Assembly: GCA_043754515.1 (NCBI GenBank)
Contig: JAYUUO010000265.1
Coordinates: 1 to 24,630, forward strand
Direction: 5' to 3'
Source of the DNA: Armatimonadota bacterium
Lineage (GTDB): Bacteria; Armatimonadota; Armatimonadia; Armatimonadales; Armatimonadaceae
DNA length: 24,630 nt
This document shows, in pieces, positions 1 through 9,218 of the stretch. How positions within the stretch are numbered: the stretch's first letter is position 1; each line of letters opens with the position of its first letter. Position numbers and translations under genes: made by a program. The notes beneath the pieces were generated by a model, which saw only the letters and a list, made by a program, of their open reading frames with translations, had not been told where the DNA came from and made no database searches.

Positions 1-123
1 GGCTTGCGCGAAGAGCACATTGACGCGGTGGCGAAGGAGGCCATGACCTCCGGTAGCACGAAGGCGAACCCGCGCCCCGTGACCGAGGCCGACGCCCGCG
101 CCATTCTGCTTTCGTGCCTGTGA
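1..123 (+). CDS. Iron-containing alcohol dehydrogenase, C-terminal fragment (runs in from the window edge)
   Basis: Frame 1 reads GLREEHIDAVAKEAMTSGSTKANPRPVTEADARAILLSCL*. The terminal NPRPVT..D...IL motif is typical of the Fe-ADH family. Confidence 0.8.
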   Translation, partial: GLREEHIDAVAKEAMTSGSTKANPRPVTEADARAILLSCL

Positions 124-180
124 GCGGTAGAATAGGCCGAGGGAGATGCGTCCCCTAGCCCCGGAAGGAGTAGGAAACCG

Positions 181-1047
181 ATGGAAACCCAGACTGTGCG
201 ACCAACGAAAGACGAATCTATCACGCCGGTAGACCCTTACCCGAATCTGCCGGGGACGGCAATGGCGACGTTCCGATGGGCGCAACATCGCGGCGAAAAA
301 GACGCGGTGCACTATCCTGAAAGCGACGGCAAACCGATGGCGGACAACATGGGGCAGGCGCGCTGGATGCACTTCCTGTTCAGCAACCTGGAGCGGCTGT
401 ACCGCGACGACCCGAACGTCCTCGTCTGCACCGATCTGCTCTGGTACCCCGTCAAAGGTGACGCCACTACCGCAGTCGCGCCCGACGTAGTGGTGATTTT
501 TGGTCGTCCCAAGTACGAGCGCGGTTCCTACACGCAATTCACCGAAGGCAACGTCGCGCCGCAGGTGGTTTTTGCGATCATCTCGGAGTCGAATACGAAG
601 AGTGAAATGCTCGAGAAAACCGAGTTTTACCAGAAGTACGGGGTTCGAGAGTTTTATCTGTACGACTATAATACGGGTGGATTTGAAGTGGTGCTGTTTA
701 CGGACGGCGTGACGCGGGTTGTCTCAGTGGAGACTGAATGGACAAGTCCGCTCCTCGGAGTGCGCTTCGTCCCCCAGGCCCGCGCGGACATGGAGGCCTA
801 TTTCCCAGATGGCACTCCGTTCCTTTCGTACAAAGACGTCTTCGACCTGATGCAGTTTCAAGCGACACAGCGTATTGCAGAGAGGGAACGTGCCAACCGG
901 GAGCGGGAACGTGCCGATGCAGAAACAAAGCGGGCCGAGGCAACGGCAAAGCGGGCCGCCGCGGAACAAGATCGGGCCGACGCCGCCGAGGCGGAAGTGG
1001 CACGCCTACGCTCACTGCTAGCGGCAAACCGAAGCGGCACGGTTTAG
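181..1047 (+). CDS. Uma2/DUF820 family PD-(D/E)xK endonuclease-like protein with C-terminal coiled coil
   Basis: YPESDGKPMADN, DLLWYP, APDVVVIFGRPK..RGSY, K..FYQKYGVREFYLYD, SPLLGVRF and an ERERA-type repeat tail. RBS GGAG/AGGA upstream, TAGAAT at 129-134. Confidence 0.9.
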   Translation: METQTVRPTKDESITPVDPYPNLPGTAMATFRWAQHRGEKDAVHYPESDGKPMADNMGQARWMHFLFSNLERLYRDDPNVLVCTDLLWYPVKGDATTAVAPDVVVIFGRPKYERGSYTQFTEGNVAPQVVFAIISESNTKSEMLEKTEFYQKYGVREFYLYDYNTGGFEVVLFTDGVTRVVSVETEWTSPLLGVRFVPQARADMEAYFPDGTPFLSYKDVFDLMQFQATQRIAERERANRERERADAETKRAEATAKRAAAEQDRADAAEAEVARLRSLLAANRSGTV

Positions 1048-1064
1048 AAAGCGGAGTGAGACTC

Positions 1065-2627
1065 TTGGAGCATTTCGATCTACTGGTAATCGGCGGCGGG
1101 ATCAACGGCCTCGGTGTCGCGGCGGACGCGGCGGCGCGGGGGCTTTGCGTCTGCATCGTGGAAAAAGGCGACTGGGGCGGCGGAACCACCTCGGCGTCGT
1201 CGCGCCTGATCCACGGCGGGCTACGCTACCTGCAATACGGCGAGATTGATCTGGTGCGCGAGTCGCTCCGCGAACGCGGCATTTTGTGCCGACAACGCCC
1301 GCATCTGATTCACCCGCTTTCGCTCCTGATACCGGCGTACAAGGACGCCCTGATGCCGAAGTGGATGGTCGGTGTCGGGCTGGGGATGTACCATGTCCTC
1401 GCCCGCGATCCCCTCTTTGCGGCTCCCGCCCCCCTCTCCCTCGCGGCGACCCGTGACCGCGAACCTTCCTTGAACTCCGATAATTTGACGGGCGGTTTCA
1501 CCTACCCCGACGCGCAGATGGAGTTTCCCGAGCGGTTCTGCGTCGAACTGGTTCAGGAAACCGTCGCGGCGGGCGGCACGATCCGCAGTCATACCCGCGT
1601 TCTGGAGATACGCCCGCTCCCGAATCTACAAACGTTCGTGCCGGTGAGCGACGCGGGCGGCACGATTGTAGTTCTACACGACGAACTGACCGGCGAGACG
1701 TCCGAGGTCAGAGCGAATATAGTGATCAACGCGGCGGGACCCTGGGTAGACGCCGTGAACAGCCTGATTAGCAAGAACAGCCGTCCGCCGACTATGATCG
1801 GGGGGACGTGGGGCACGCATCTCGTGTTGCCGATGCGACCCGGCGCGCCGCGCGGCCCCATCTACGCGACCGCGAAGAAGGACGGCCGCCCGTTCTTCCT
1901 GTTGCCGTGGGACGACCGGCTACTCGTCGGCACCACGGATGTCAAGTTCACCGGCGACAACCCAGATATGCTTTCGGTGGAGCCGTGGGAGATCGAGTAC
2001 CTGCTCGCTGAGACAAATCACCTGTTCCCACTCGCCGCATACGTAGCCCCCGACGTACAAACCACGACGTGCGGCGTGCGCCCGTTGCCTACCTCCAACA
2101 AGAACGCTGGCGCGGTGACGCGGCGTCATCTCCTGGTGGATCACGCCGAGAAGCACGGGATCAGGGGGCTTGCCTCAATCGTCGGCGGCAAACTAACGAC
2201 GTACCGAAGTCTGGCGCAGGAGGTGACGGACTGGGTACTAAAGCGTCTGGACAAACCGGCGGTGCCGTGCGCGACCGGGGTCATCGCGCCGGACGTGCTC
2301 TCGGTGGCACAATTACGTAGCGAAGCGGAACGCGCCCTGCTCTTACTCAACCTGCCGCCGCGACTGGCTCCGCTACTGGTCAAGCGGTACGGCCCAGCGT
2401 CCGCAGACGTCCTCGCCCGCGTCAAGCGCGACCCGTCCCTCGGATGCGCCATCGCACCCGGCTCCCTTCATATCGAGGCGGAGGTGGTCCACGCCGCGAA
2501 GGATGAGTTCGCGCGCACCGTGGATGACGTGGTTCGGCGGCGCATGATGCTGTTCCCGCCTACCGATGCCGAAGTCGCCGGGGTGCGGCGCGTAGTCGCG
2601 GAACGGAGCCTGCCTCTCGCCGGTTGA
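1065..2627 (+). CDS. glpD: FAD-dependent glycerol-3-phosphate dehydrogenase/oxidase
   Basis: DLLVIGGGINGLG, GTTSASSRLIHGGLRYL, NAAGPWVD, GTTD, GVRPL, GGKLTTYR. Start is probably TTG 1065 (GGAG at 1053) or GTG 1056, not 738. Confidence 0.88.
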   Translation: MEHFDLLVIGGGINGLGVAADAAARGLCVCIVEKGDWGGGTTSASSRLIHGGLRYLQYGEIDLVRESLRERGILCRQRPHLIHPLSLLIPAYKDALMPKWMVGVGLGMYHVLARDPLFAAPAPLSLAATRDREPSLNSDNLTGGFTYPDAQMEFPERFCVELVQETVAAGGTIRSHTRVLEIRPLPNLQTFVPVSDAGGTIVVLHDELTGETSEVRANIVINAAGPWVDAVNSLISKNSRPPTMIGGTWGTHLVLPMRPGAPRGPIYATAKKDGRPFFLLPWDDRLLVGTTDVKFTGDNPDMLSVEPWEIEYLLAETNHLFPLAAYVAPDVQTTTCGVRPLPTSNKNAGAVTRRHLLVDHAEKHGIRGLASIVGGKLTTYRSLAQEVTDWVLKRLDKPAVPCATGVIAPDVLSVAQLRSEAERALLLLNLPPRLAPLLVKRYGPASADVLARVKRDPSLGCAIAPGSLHIEAEVVHAAKDEFARTVDDVVRRRMMLFPPTDAEVAGVRRVVAERSLPLAG

Positions 2628-2653
2628 CACGCGATTTTTGTATGCGCTATCCT
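2624..2653 (+). promoter_or_regulatory. Sigma70-type promoter of the cupin gene
   Basis: TTGACA (2624-2629), 18 nt, TATCCT (2648-2653), then 8 nt to ATG 2662. No Shine-Dalgarno. Confidence 0.6.
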
Positions 2654-2661
2654 GAATTATT

Positions 2662-3015
2662 ATGCCTAAAATCGTCCTCGATCAGTTGCCACAATCGCCG
2701 CTCCCCGCCGAAACGGGTACCGTCCTGCGCCGGTTCGCGAGCGGCGAGAATATCACGGTCGCGAAGATCACATTCCTCGCCGGGAGCGTTCTGCCGGGAC
2801 ACCGGCACGTCAACGAGCAGTTCACCATCGTACTCGAAGGAACCCTTGAGTTCGTGAACGAGTCGGGAACTAAGACGATCATCGGGGCGGGCGAAATGAT
2901 GCACCTTCCTGGCGGCGAATGGCACGGCGCGACCGCGCTCTCGGATGCGACGGTGATGGATGTTTTTTCGCCGGTACGCGCCGATTGGTCGCTCTCGCCG
3001 TCCCCTCCCGCCTGA
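2662..3015 (+). CDS. Cupin_2 domain protein
   Basis: PGHRHVNEQFTIVLEG and GEMMHLPGGEWHGA cupin motifs; DVFSPVRADW tail. Confidence 0.88.
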   Translation: MPKIVLDQLPQSPLPAETGTVLRRFASGENITVAKITFLAGSVLPGHRHVNEQFTIVLEGTLEFVNESGTKTIIGAGEMMHLPGGEWHGATALSDATVMDVFSPVRADWSLSPSPPA

Positions 3016-3142
3016 CGCGGGCGGAAGGCGCGGTCGCCGCACGGCGTAGCAGGAAAACCACGACGACGCGGTGAAAAGGCAGTTGCAATCATCGCCGCAT
3101 ATCTCAAGAGCATGCGGCCAATTTAAGGAGCCGAGTAAACGC

Positions 3143-5656
3143 ATGAAAGCCGTCGTCATGGCAGGCGGGGAAGGGACCCGCCTACGTCCCCTCACCCTGC
3201 GCCGTCCCAAACCCCTGGTTCCGATCCTCAACAAGCCGATAGCGCAACACATCATCGAGCATCTGCGCCGCGCAGGTGTGTCTGATATTGTCGTTACCCT
3301 CTACTACCTGGCGGAAGAGATCGTCAACGCGTTCGGGGACGGCACCGAACTGGGTGTCAACCTCATCTATAGCATTGAGGACACACCGCTCGGGACCGCC
3401 GGTTCGGTGAAGAAGGCTGAGAAGTACCTGAACGACGGCACGTTCATCATCGTCTCGGGTGACGCATTGACTGACATTGACGTCGCGAAGGCACTCGCGT
3501 TCCACCGTGAGAAGAAGTCGGAAGCGACGCTCGTTCTGCAACATGTACAGAACCCGCTTGAGTTCGGAGTCGTAATGACCGAGGAGGACGGACGTATTCG
3601 CCGCTTCTTGGAGAAGCCGTCCTGGGGCGAAGTTTTCTCCGACACGGTCAATACAGGCATGTATATCCTGGAGCCGTCCGTGTTCGACTTAATGGAGCAC
3701 GACAAGAGCTACGATTGGTCGCAGGATATTTTCCCGCAACTGCTCGCCGCCGGTCGCCCCTTGTACGGCTACACGCTCGGCGAGTACTGGACCGACGTCG
3801 GCTCGCTCGACGAGTACCGCACGTCCCAGTACGCCTTTTTGGACAAAGCGACCACGCTCCCGATTGACGGCACGGAGAACGAGCCGGGGATTTATGTCGG
3901 TGACGGTTGTATCATTGATCCGGCGGCGAAACTGATCGCGCCGGTGCGAATCGGCGACAACTGCCGCATTAAGGCGGGCGCGACGGTGGGGCCGGACTCC
4001 GTACTCGGCGATAACTGTATCGTGGAGTTCGATGCAACTATTGAGAAGTCTATCCTCTGGGACTCGGTATACGTCGGGCGCAAATCGGTACTGAATGCCT
4101 GCACTGTCTGCCACCACTGCACGATCAAAGACGGCGTGGAGATTCAGGAGGGCGCGGTGATCGGCGACCGATGTCACATCGGCGACGGGGCGATGATCCG
4201 CACGATGGTCAAACTCTGGCCCGACAAGATCATCGAGCCAGACGCGGTGGTCTCCTCCTCGCTCATCTGGGGCGCGAAGGCGAACGCCGCGCTGTTCCGG
4301 GGCCTTGGCGTGACCGGGATCGCGAACCGCGAACTGACGCCTGACTTCGCCACCAAACTCGGCGCGTCGTTCGGGGCGTTCCTGAAAAAAGGCGCGACCG
4401 TTGTCACGGCGCGGGACGGTCACCCGGCGTCCCGTATGCTGAAACGTGGCATCCTAGCGGGGCTGGTGTCGGTCGGTTGTAATGTGCTCGACGTGGAAGC
4501 ACTGCCGCTCCCGCTCGCCCGGTTCGCCGTGCGTTCCAACGCCGCGCAGGGCGGCATTAACGTGCGGATTGACCCGGATCACCCGCGAAATGCTCTGATC
4601 GAGTTCTTCGACCGCAACGGCATCTATATCACCAAGAACGCCGAACGCAAGATAGAGACGATCTTTTTCCGCGAGGACTACGGACTAGCGGATATGGAGG
4701 AGGTCGGCGAGATCGAGTTCGCCGGGCGACCCGTGGAGCAGTATACGCAGGAGTTCTTCGCGCACGTGCGGGAGAAGGACATCGAGCGGCGCAAGTTCAA
4801 GGTCGTCGTGGACTATGCGTACGGCCGCATCTCCACGGTGCTCCCGGTTATTTTGGGTCGCCTCGGTTGCGATGTGATCTCGCTGAACGCCTATTCGGAC
4901 ACGCACCGCGCCCCGAAGAACGCGTCGGAGCGTGAGGCACTCATCTATAACCTGTCGCAGGTCGTCACTACGTTGCACGCGGATTTGGGCGTGATGATCT
5001 ACTCGGACGGCGAGCGCATCGCCATGGTGGACGAAGTCGGAGTACCGCTGACGGGGGCGAAACTACTCGCGACGCTGTCCTCCATGGTGTCGCAGACGCG
5101 GCCCGGAGCCAAGGTAGCGGTGCCCGTCACCGCGCCGTCGGTGATCGAGCAGGTGTTACGGCGCACAAACGGCGTGGTGACGCGCACGAAAACCGACCCC
5201 CGCTTCCTGATGGTGCAGGCGTCCCACCCGGCGGAAAAGGTGATCATGGCGGGCGACATGAGCGGCGGGTTCCTGTTCCCCGAGCTGCAACCGGTGTTTG
5301 ACGGCCTGTTCGCGTTCGTCAAGACGCTGGAAATGCTGTCCTGGCTCCAGCGGCCCCTGTCCGAGTTCGTCGCCGAACTGCCGCCGATCCTGCTCGCCGC
5401 GCAAACCGTCCGTTGTCCCTTCGACTCGAAAGGCTCGGTGATGCGGCGATTGACGGAGGAGTCTCTCGCCGACACGCGGAACCGCACCGACCTGATTGAC
5501 GGTATCAAAATCACCGAATCGGAGCGCGAATGGGCGTTGGTACTCCCTGACGCGGCGGAACCGGTGTTCCACGTCTACGCCGAGGGAATAACGCAGGAAG
5601 ACGCGAACGCCCGCGCGGAGCGGTACATCGAAAAAATCGCCGCGATGGTAGAATAG
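3143..5656 (+). CDS. Mannose-1-phosphate guanylyltransferase fused to a left-handed beta-helix and a phosphomannomutase-like domain
   Basis: MKAVVMAGGEGTRLRPLT..RPKPLVP, PLGTAGSV, FLEKPSWGEVFSDTVNTGMYI, YWTDVG, hexapeptide repeats, then a PGM/PMM-like region (ELTPDFA, IDGIKI, PDAAEP). AAGGAG upstream of ATG 3143. Confidence 0.9.
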   Translation: MKAVVMAGGEGTRLRPLTLRRPKPLVPILNKPIAQHIIEHLRRAGVSDIVVTLYYLAEEIVNAFGDGTELGVNLIYSIEDTPLGTAGSVKKAEKYLNDGTFIIVSGDALTDIDVAKALAFHREKKSEATLVLQHVQNPLEFGVVMTEEDGRIRRFLEKPSWGEVFSDTVNTGMYILEPSVFDLMEHDKSYDWSQDIFPQLLAAGRPLYGYTLGEYWTDVGSLDEYRTSQYAFLDKATTLPIDGTENEPGIYVGDGCIIDPAAKLIAPVRIGDNCRIKAGATVGPDSVLGDNCIVEFDATIEKSILWDSVYVGRKSVLNACTVCHHCTIKDGVEIQEGAVIGDRCHIGDGAMIRTMVKLWPDKIIEPDAVVSSSLIWGAKANAALFRGLGVTGIANRELTPDFATKLGASFGAFLKKGATVVTARDGHPASRMLKRGILAGLVSVGCNVLDVEALPLPLARFAVRSNAAQGGINVRIDPDHPRNALIEFFDRNGIYITKNAERKIETIFFREDYGLADMEEVGEIEFAGRPVEQYTQEFFAHVREKDIERRKFKVVVDYAYGRISTVLPVILGRLGCDVISLNAYSDTHRAPKNASEREALIYNLSQVVTTLHADLGVMIYSDGERIAMVDEVGVPLTGAKLLATLSSMVSQTRPGAKVAVPVTAPSVIEQVLRRTNGVVTRTKTDPRFLMVQASHPAEKVIMAGDMSGGFLFPELQPVFDGLFAFVKTLEMLSWLQRPLSEFVAELPPILLAAQTVRCPFDSKGSVMRRLTEESLADTRNRTDLIDGIKITESEREWALVLPDAAEPVFHVYAEGITQEDANARAERYIEKIAAMVE

Positions 5657-5677
5657 GCGGCAGGTAAGGAGAAGGTA

Positions 5678-5872
5678 ATGTCAACAGGAAAAACAGTCAA
5701 AAAGCCGCTGAACCCGGAGGCGGCCCGCATACTCGAACAGTATCGCAACGCGGGCAAGGGCATCCCCGCCGGTTCGGAGGGGAGCGCGACCGACGCATCC
5801 GGTTCGCCGATCAAGCCGGTCGGGCCGCCGCCCGCGCAACCGATCCGCCGCAGCGGGTCGCGCGGCAAATAG
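5678..5872 (+). CDS. Small hypothetical protein (64 aa)
   Basis: Strong RBS AAGGAG upstream. It fills the gap between the previous stop and a terminator. Confidence 0.7.
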   Translation: MSTGKTVKKPLNPEAARILEQYRNAGKGIPAGSEGSATDASGSPIKPVGPPPAQPIRRSGSRGK

Positions 5873-5874
5873 CG

Positions 5875-5910
5875 AAAAAAAGCCGCCGTCCCCAGGACGG
5901 CGGCTTTTTT
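5875..5910. terminator. Bidirectional intrinsic terminator
   Basis: AAAAAAA-GCCGCCGTCC-cca-GGACGGCGGC-TTTTTT between convergent genes. Confidence 0.92.
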
Positions 5911-5920
5911 GTATGGCGTC

Positions 5921-7096
5921 TCACATCTCCTCGGTGCGGTACGACTGCGCGAACAGCGAGGCGAAGTCCCCCATCCCGGAGTCCGTCAGGTCGTAATGCA
6001 CGGCGGTGCGTAGTGCCACCAGGGCATCCCCCACCGATTTCGCCATGCGGTCCGCCACCCACTGCGGGTACGGCTCGCGTATCTCCGGTGAGACGACCTG
6101 GGAGCGTAGCCCTGACAGGACGGAGCAGAGATGATCGGGATTTTCCGCCGTTTCGCGCTTGATCTCTAGGCGGAACGCGGGCGACCAATCGTGCGGCTTG
6201 AAGTAGGTGAATAGCACCTGGTCTTCGCGCACTAGCGATACGGCGTCGTTGACCGCGAGGCGAACCGACTCGCGGGCGGCATCAGTCGGGGTCAGCGGCG
6301 CGATCTGCTTGCTGACCCAGTGGGTACGGCTTTGCGCGGTCAGGGCGAGAGGCTTCGGCTCCGTATACTCGCCCTCCCGGAGCAGGAACCGGGTTAGCGT
6401 CTTGTCGTCAAGGCCGAGTCCGCTCCCGCGCAACGCGGCGGGAATGAATAACTCGGAGAGGTCACGCGAGGAGTCGTATTTGACCACCGCGACGATGCTC
6501 GGCTTTCGCATAACAGTCCGCAGTGCCTCCGCCGTGTCATAGTCGGTGACGATCTCCGCGATCTGGGCGCGCAGGGTTTCGTTCGTGATAGATAATAGCG
6601 AGCTGAGCGCGATGATCGGGGTCAGATGGGCACCGTCGAGAAGGACACAGTCGTGGGGTGCGTTTCGCAGAACCGCGAGTTCGAGCGCGGTCATGACTCC
6701 CCGACACAGGATGGCTGTCTCGTCCCCCTGATGCGGCAGCGTCTCCTGCCAGGAGGCGTACTGAATGCCTGGCCAGTGAACGGAAGCGGCCTCGCTCAGA
6801 CCCTCTATACCGACGGCGACCGCAAGCGCGGTGTCTGTCCCCATGGATTTTTCGAGAGCCGCTCCGCCGTCAACAGCGGCTACGGTGGGCGCGTTCGGGC
6901 AACCCGGCAGATCCGTGAACTGGCGGATCATGTTCTCTTTGATCAGGGAATCCCGCATCTCCGGCCCCCGCTCCCGAATAGCCGTGAATAAATTCTTGAC
7001 GGCTTCGGCGACATCGGCGGTGCGCCCTAACACCTTTTGCAACACCTCATCGGGCAAATCGGCGTAGGGAGAAATCATGTCTGAGGAGTCGCGCAT
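5921..7096 (-). CDS. nurA: NurA-domain nuclease
   Basis: VAAVDGG, VLLDGAH, VAVVKYDSS and C-terminal EPYPQWVADRMAK match the RNase H-like NurA pattern. Confidence 0.8.
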   Translation of the reverse strand: MRDSSDMISPYADLPDEVLQKVLGRTADVAEAVKNLFTAIRERGPEMRDSLIKENMIRQFTDLPGCPNAPTVAAVDGGAALEKSMGTDTALAVAVGIEGLSEAASVHWPGIQYASWQETLPHQGDETAILCRGVMTALELAVLRNAPHDCVLLDGAHLTPIIALSSLLSITNETLRAQIAEIVTDYDTAEALRTVMRKPSIVAVVKYDSSRDLSELFIPAALRGSGLGLDDKTLTRFLLREGEYTEPKPLALTAQSRTHWVSKQIAPLTPTDAARESVRLAVNDAVSLVREDQVLFTYFKPHDWSPAFRLEIKRETAENPDHLCSVLSGLRSQVVSPEIREPYPQWVADRMAKSVGDALVALRTAVHYDLTDSGMGDFASLFAQSYRTEEM

Positions 7097-7164
7097 GGGG
7101 GAGGATACTTACGGGACGGTAGCGCGGGAGAAACCGCGCGTCGGCAAATCCGCCCGGACGCGAT

Positions 7165-7515
7165 TCAGGCCCGGTCGGTTTCGACCTGGAGCCGGATGGT
7201 AGCGATGATGGAAGCGACGCGCTCGCACTCCTCGCGGGAGCCGTCGAAGCAGATGGCACGCCCCTTCGTGTCTACCTCTACGGCAATGGCGTTGGCGCGA
7301 TCTTCCGCGCAACCGGTCGCCCGACACAGAATCTCGATCACCTCGTCGAACGTGTGCCAGTCGTCGTTGTAAAGGATAACGATCCACGGTCCGGTGATGC
7401 TCGCGCTGTCGCGAATATCCTCCCACTGCTCCCATCCGGGCAATCCGAGGGGGGAAGGGGGCGTCACCACGCCGGGGCGTTCGATCGTGCCGGGTCTGTC
7501 AGTGGTAGTGGGCAT
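7165..7515 (-). CDS. clpS: ATP-dependent Clp protease adaptor ClpS
   Basis: VILYNDDWHTFDEVIEIL...A.EVDTKGRAIC..G.REECE. Extended -10 TGGTACAAT at 7574-7566 (minus strand). Confidence 0.9.
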   Translation of the reverse strand: MPTTTDRPGTIERPGVVTPPSPLGLPGWEQWEDIRDSASITGPWIVILYNDDWHTFDEVIEILCRATGCAEDRANAIAVEVDTKGRAICFDGSREECERVASIIATIRLQVETDRA

Positions 7516-7584
7516 GGCTCAAGTGACTCCGAGTAGCGAAAAATGTAGCACGTTGGCTCGCGGCTATTGTACCACGGCATCGGT

Positions 7585-8259
7585 TCATTTCTCTGCACCC
7601 TGTATCGCCGAATCGCCGAGCAAATCGGTGATTCGCGGGACGAGGATCGGCGCGAACGTGCTGAACAGTGCCGCCAGCGTTTCCTGATCCGCGACGGACG
7701 CGAAGTTTGGAATACCCGCGCGTTCGCTGACGCCGCGCAGAGCAGTCGCGAGTCCCTCCGGCGTCGCGTAGCGGCGCAAAAACCCGGCCCCGATGAATCG
7801 GCGGACGCTAGCTCCGAGGCCAGGCGTTCCGTGTCCGACAAGAGCCTCCGCGTATCCCACCAACCCGGCATCTAGTGCCACCGTCAAGTCGTTGTACAGT
7901 TCGTCAGGCAGATCACCGTGCGTTTTCAGGAGCGCGGCGTCGAGCGCGAGTTCGGTCATGACGTGCGCGAGAAAGAACCGGCGACGCGGGGCGACTTCCC
8001 AGAGCGCGGAGCGGATCGCTTCGCTCGCATCCCCCTGCGCCTCTTTGAATCCCGCCGAAGCGTGGAACCGCCGATCCGTCGCGAGATGAAAGCGCACGCC
8101 TTCCGCGACCGCGACCGCGTGGTCGCCCGCCGAGCGCAACCGCCCCGCGCCGTACAACGCCATGAGATCCGGCAACAGGTTCCCCGCGCGGAACAACTCG
8201 GGGCAACTCACGTCGGCGGAAGGGGCGCGGGCTAGATACTGATGTGCTAGATAATTCAC
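7585..8259 (-). CDS. ACP phosphodiesterase (AcpH)-like HD-type hydrolase
   Basis: (M)NYLAH..LA, GNLLPDL, GVRFHLATDRRFH, HVMTELALD. GTG start at 8259 lies 7 nt after a TACGAT -10. Confidence 0.75.
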   Translation of the reverse strand: MNYLAHQYLARAPSADVSCPELFRAGNLLPDLMALYGAGRLRSAGDHAVAVAEGVRFHLATDRRFHASAGFKEAQGDASEAIRSALWEVAPRRRFFLAHVMTELALDAALLKTHGDLPDELYNDLTVALDAGLVGYAEALVGHGTPGLGASVRRFIGAGFLRRYATPEGLATALRGVSERAGIPNFASVADQETLAALFSTFAPILVPRITDLLGDSAIQGAEK

Positions 8260-8368
8260 GCCTCCCATCGTATCGCGCCGGGAGGGACGCGACCGCGCCG
8301 TGCCGGGGGGGTAGCTTCCCGCGGAACGAACACCCCCCGCTCCCCTGTATGCAAAGGATGACATGGGC

Positions 8369-8397
8369 TTGCGAAACGGGAACAGGGGGCGTAGAAT
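8369..8397 (+). promoter_or_regulatory. Sigma70-type promoter of the GT2 operon
   Basis: TTGCGA (8369-8374), 17 nt, TAGAAT (8392-8397). Confidence 0.6.
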
Positions 8398-8408
8398 CTC
8401 GGAAGCAA

Positions 8409-9218
8409 ATGGAAAAATCGGGTTCATTGTCGGTCGTGATTCCCGCCTACAACGAAGCCGGTCGAATCGAGCGCACGCTGTCCGGCGCGATGACGCATCT
8501 GGAAGCGCGGGGCACACCCTTTGAGATTCTGGTCGTTGACGATGGGTCGTCCGATGACACGGCGGGGGTGGTCACGAAGTGGGCACAGGCACGGGATGCC
8601 TCGGAGCGGCTCCGCGTGCTTCGCTACGACACTAACCGGGGGAAGGGGTACGCCGTCCGGTACGGGATTTTGCGCGCGAACGGGTCGCGCATCCTGTTCA
8701 TGGACGCGGATCTCGCCACCCCGATGGAGGAACTCGCCAAACTCGAAGCCGTTATGGACGGCGCGGAGACGGGCGTTCCGGTGTACGCCATCGGCTCTCG
8801 CGACATCCACGGGAAGGATCTGCTGGTTCGTCAACCCCCGTACCGCGAGCGGCTCGGGCGCGTCTTCAACAACGTGGTTCAACTGCTGGCGACGCCAGGC
8901 GTGGTTGACACACAGTGCGGCTTCAAGTTGCTACCCGGCGACGCGGCGCGGGCGGTCTTTTCGCGGTGCGTGCTGGACGGGTTCTCCTTCGACGTCGAGG
9001 CGATTTTCCTAGCCAAACGCCTCGGATACCGCGTCGTGGAAGTCCCCGTACGCTGGGCGCATCAGGAAGGGGCAGCCGCCTTCACCACGAAGGGTAAGTA
9101 TCTCCTGCACGGCCTGAAGATGATCGCCGACCTGCTCAAAATACGCTGGGCACACCGGGGTTTGAAGCCGATACGTCCCGCGAAACTGGTCGCCTCCCCG
9201 GTCCCCCCCGCAACCTGA
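8409..9218 (+). CDS. GT2 glycosyltransferase, dolichyl/polyprenyl-phosphate glucosyltransferase-like
   Basis: SVVIPAYNE, VVDDGSSD, NRGKGYAVR.G, FMDADLATP, IGSR, DTQCGFK, FSFDVE. Confidence 0.9.
   Translation: MEKSGSLSVVIPAYNEAGRIERTLSGAMTHLEARGTPFEILVVDDGSSDDTAGVVTKWAQARDASERLRVLRYDTNRGKGYAVRYGILRANGSRILFMDADLATPMEELAKLEAVMDGAETGVPVYAIGSRDIHGKDLLVRQPPYRERLGRVFNNVVQLLATPGVVDTQCGFKLLPGDAARAVFSRCVLDGFSFDVEAIFLAKRLGYRVVEVPVRWAHQEGAAAFTTKGKYLLHGLKMIADLLKIRWAHRGLKPIRPAKLVASPVPPAT

Noticed and set aside
738..1064. N-terminal extension of the 629-aa glpD ORF
   Set aside because: It overlaps the Uma2 gene out of frame; homology begins at the FAD-binding motif.
8260..8517. Extended N-termini of the AcpH-like (8517) and GT2 (8244) ORFs
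   Set aside because: They overlap each other and the divergent promoters; family motifs begin at 8259 and 8409.
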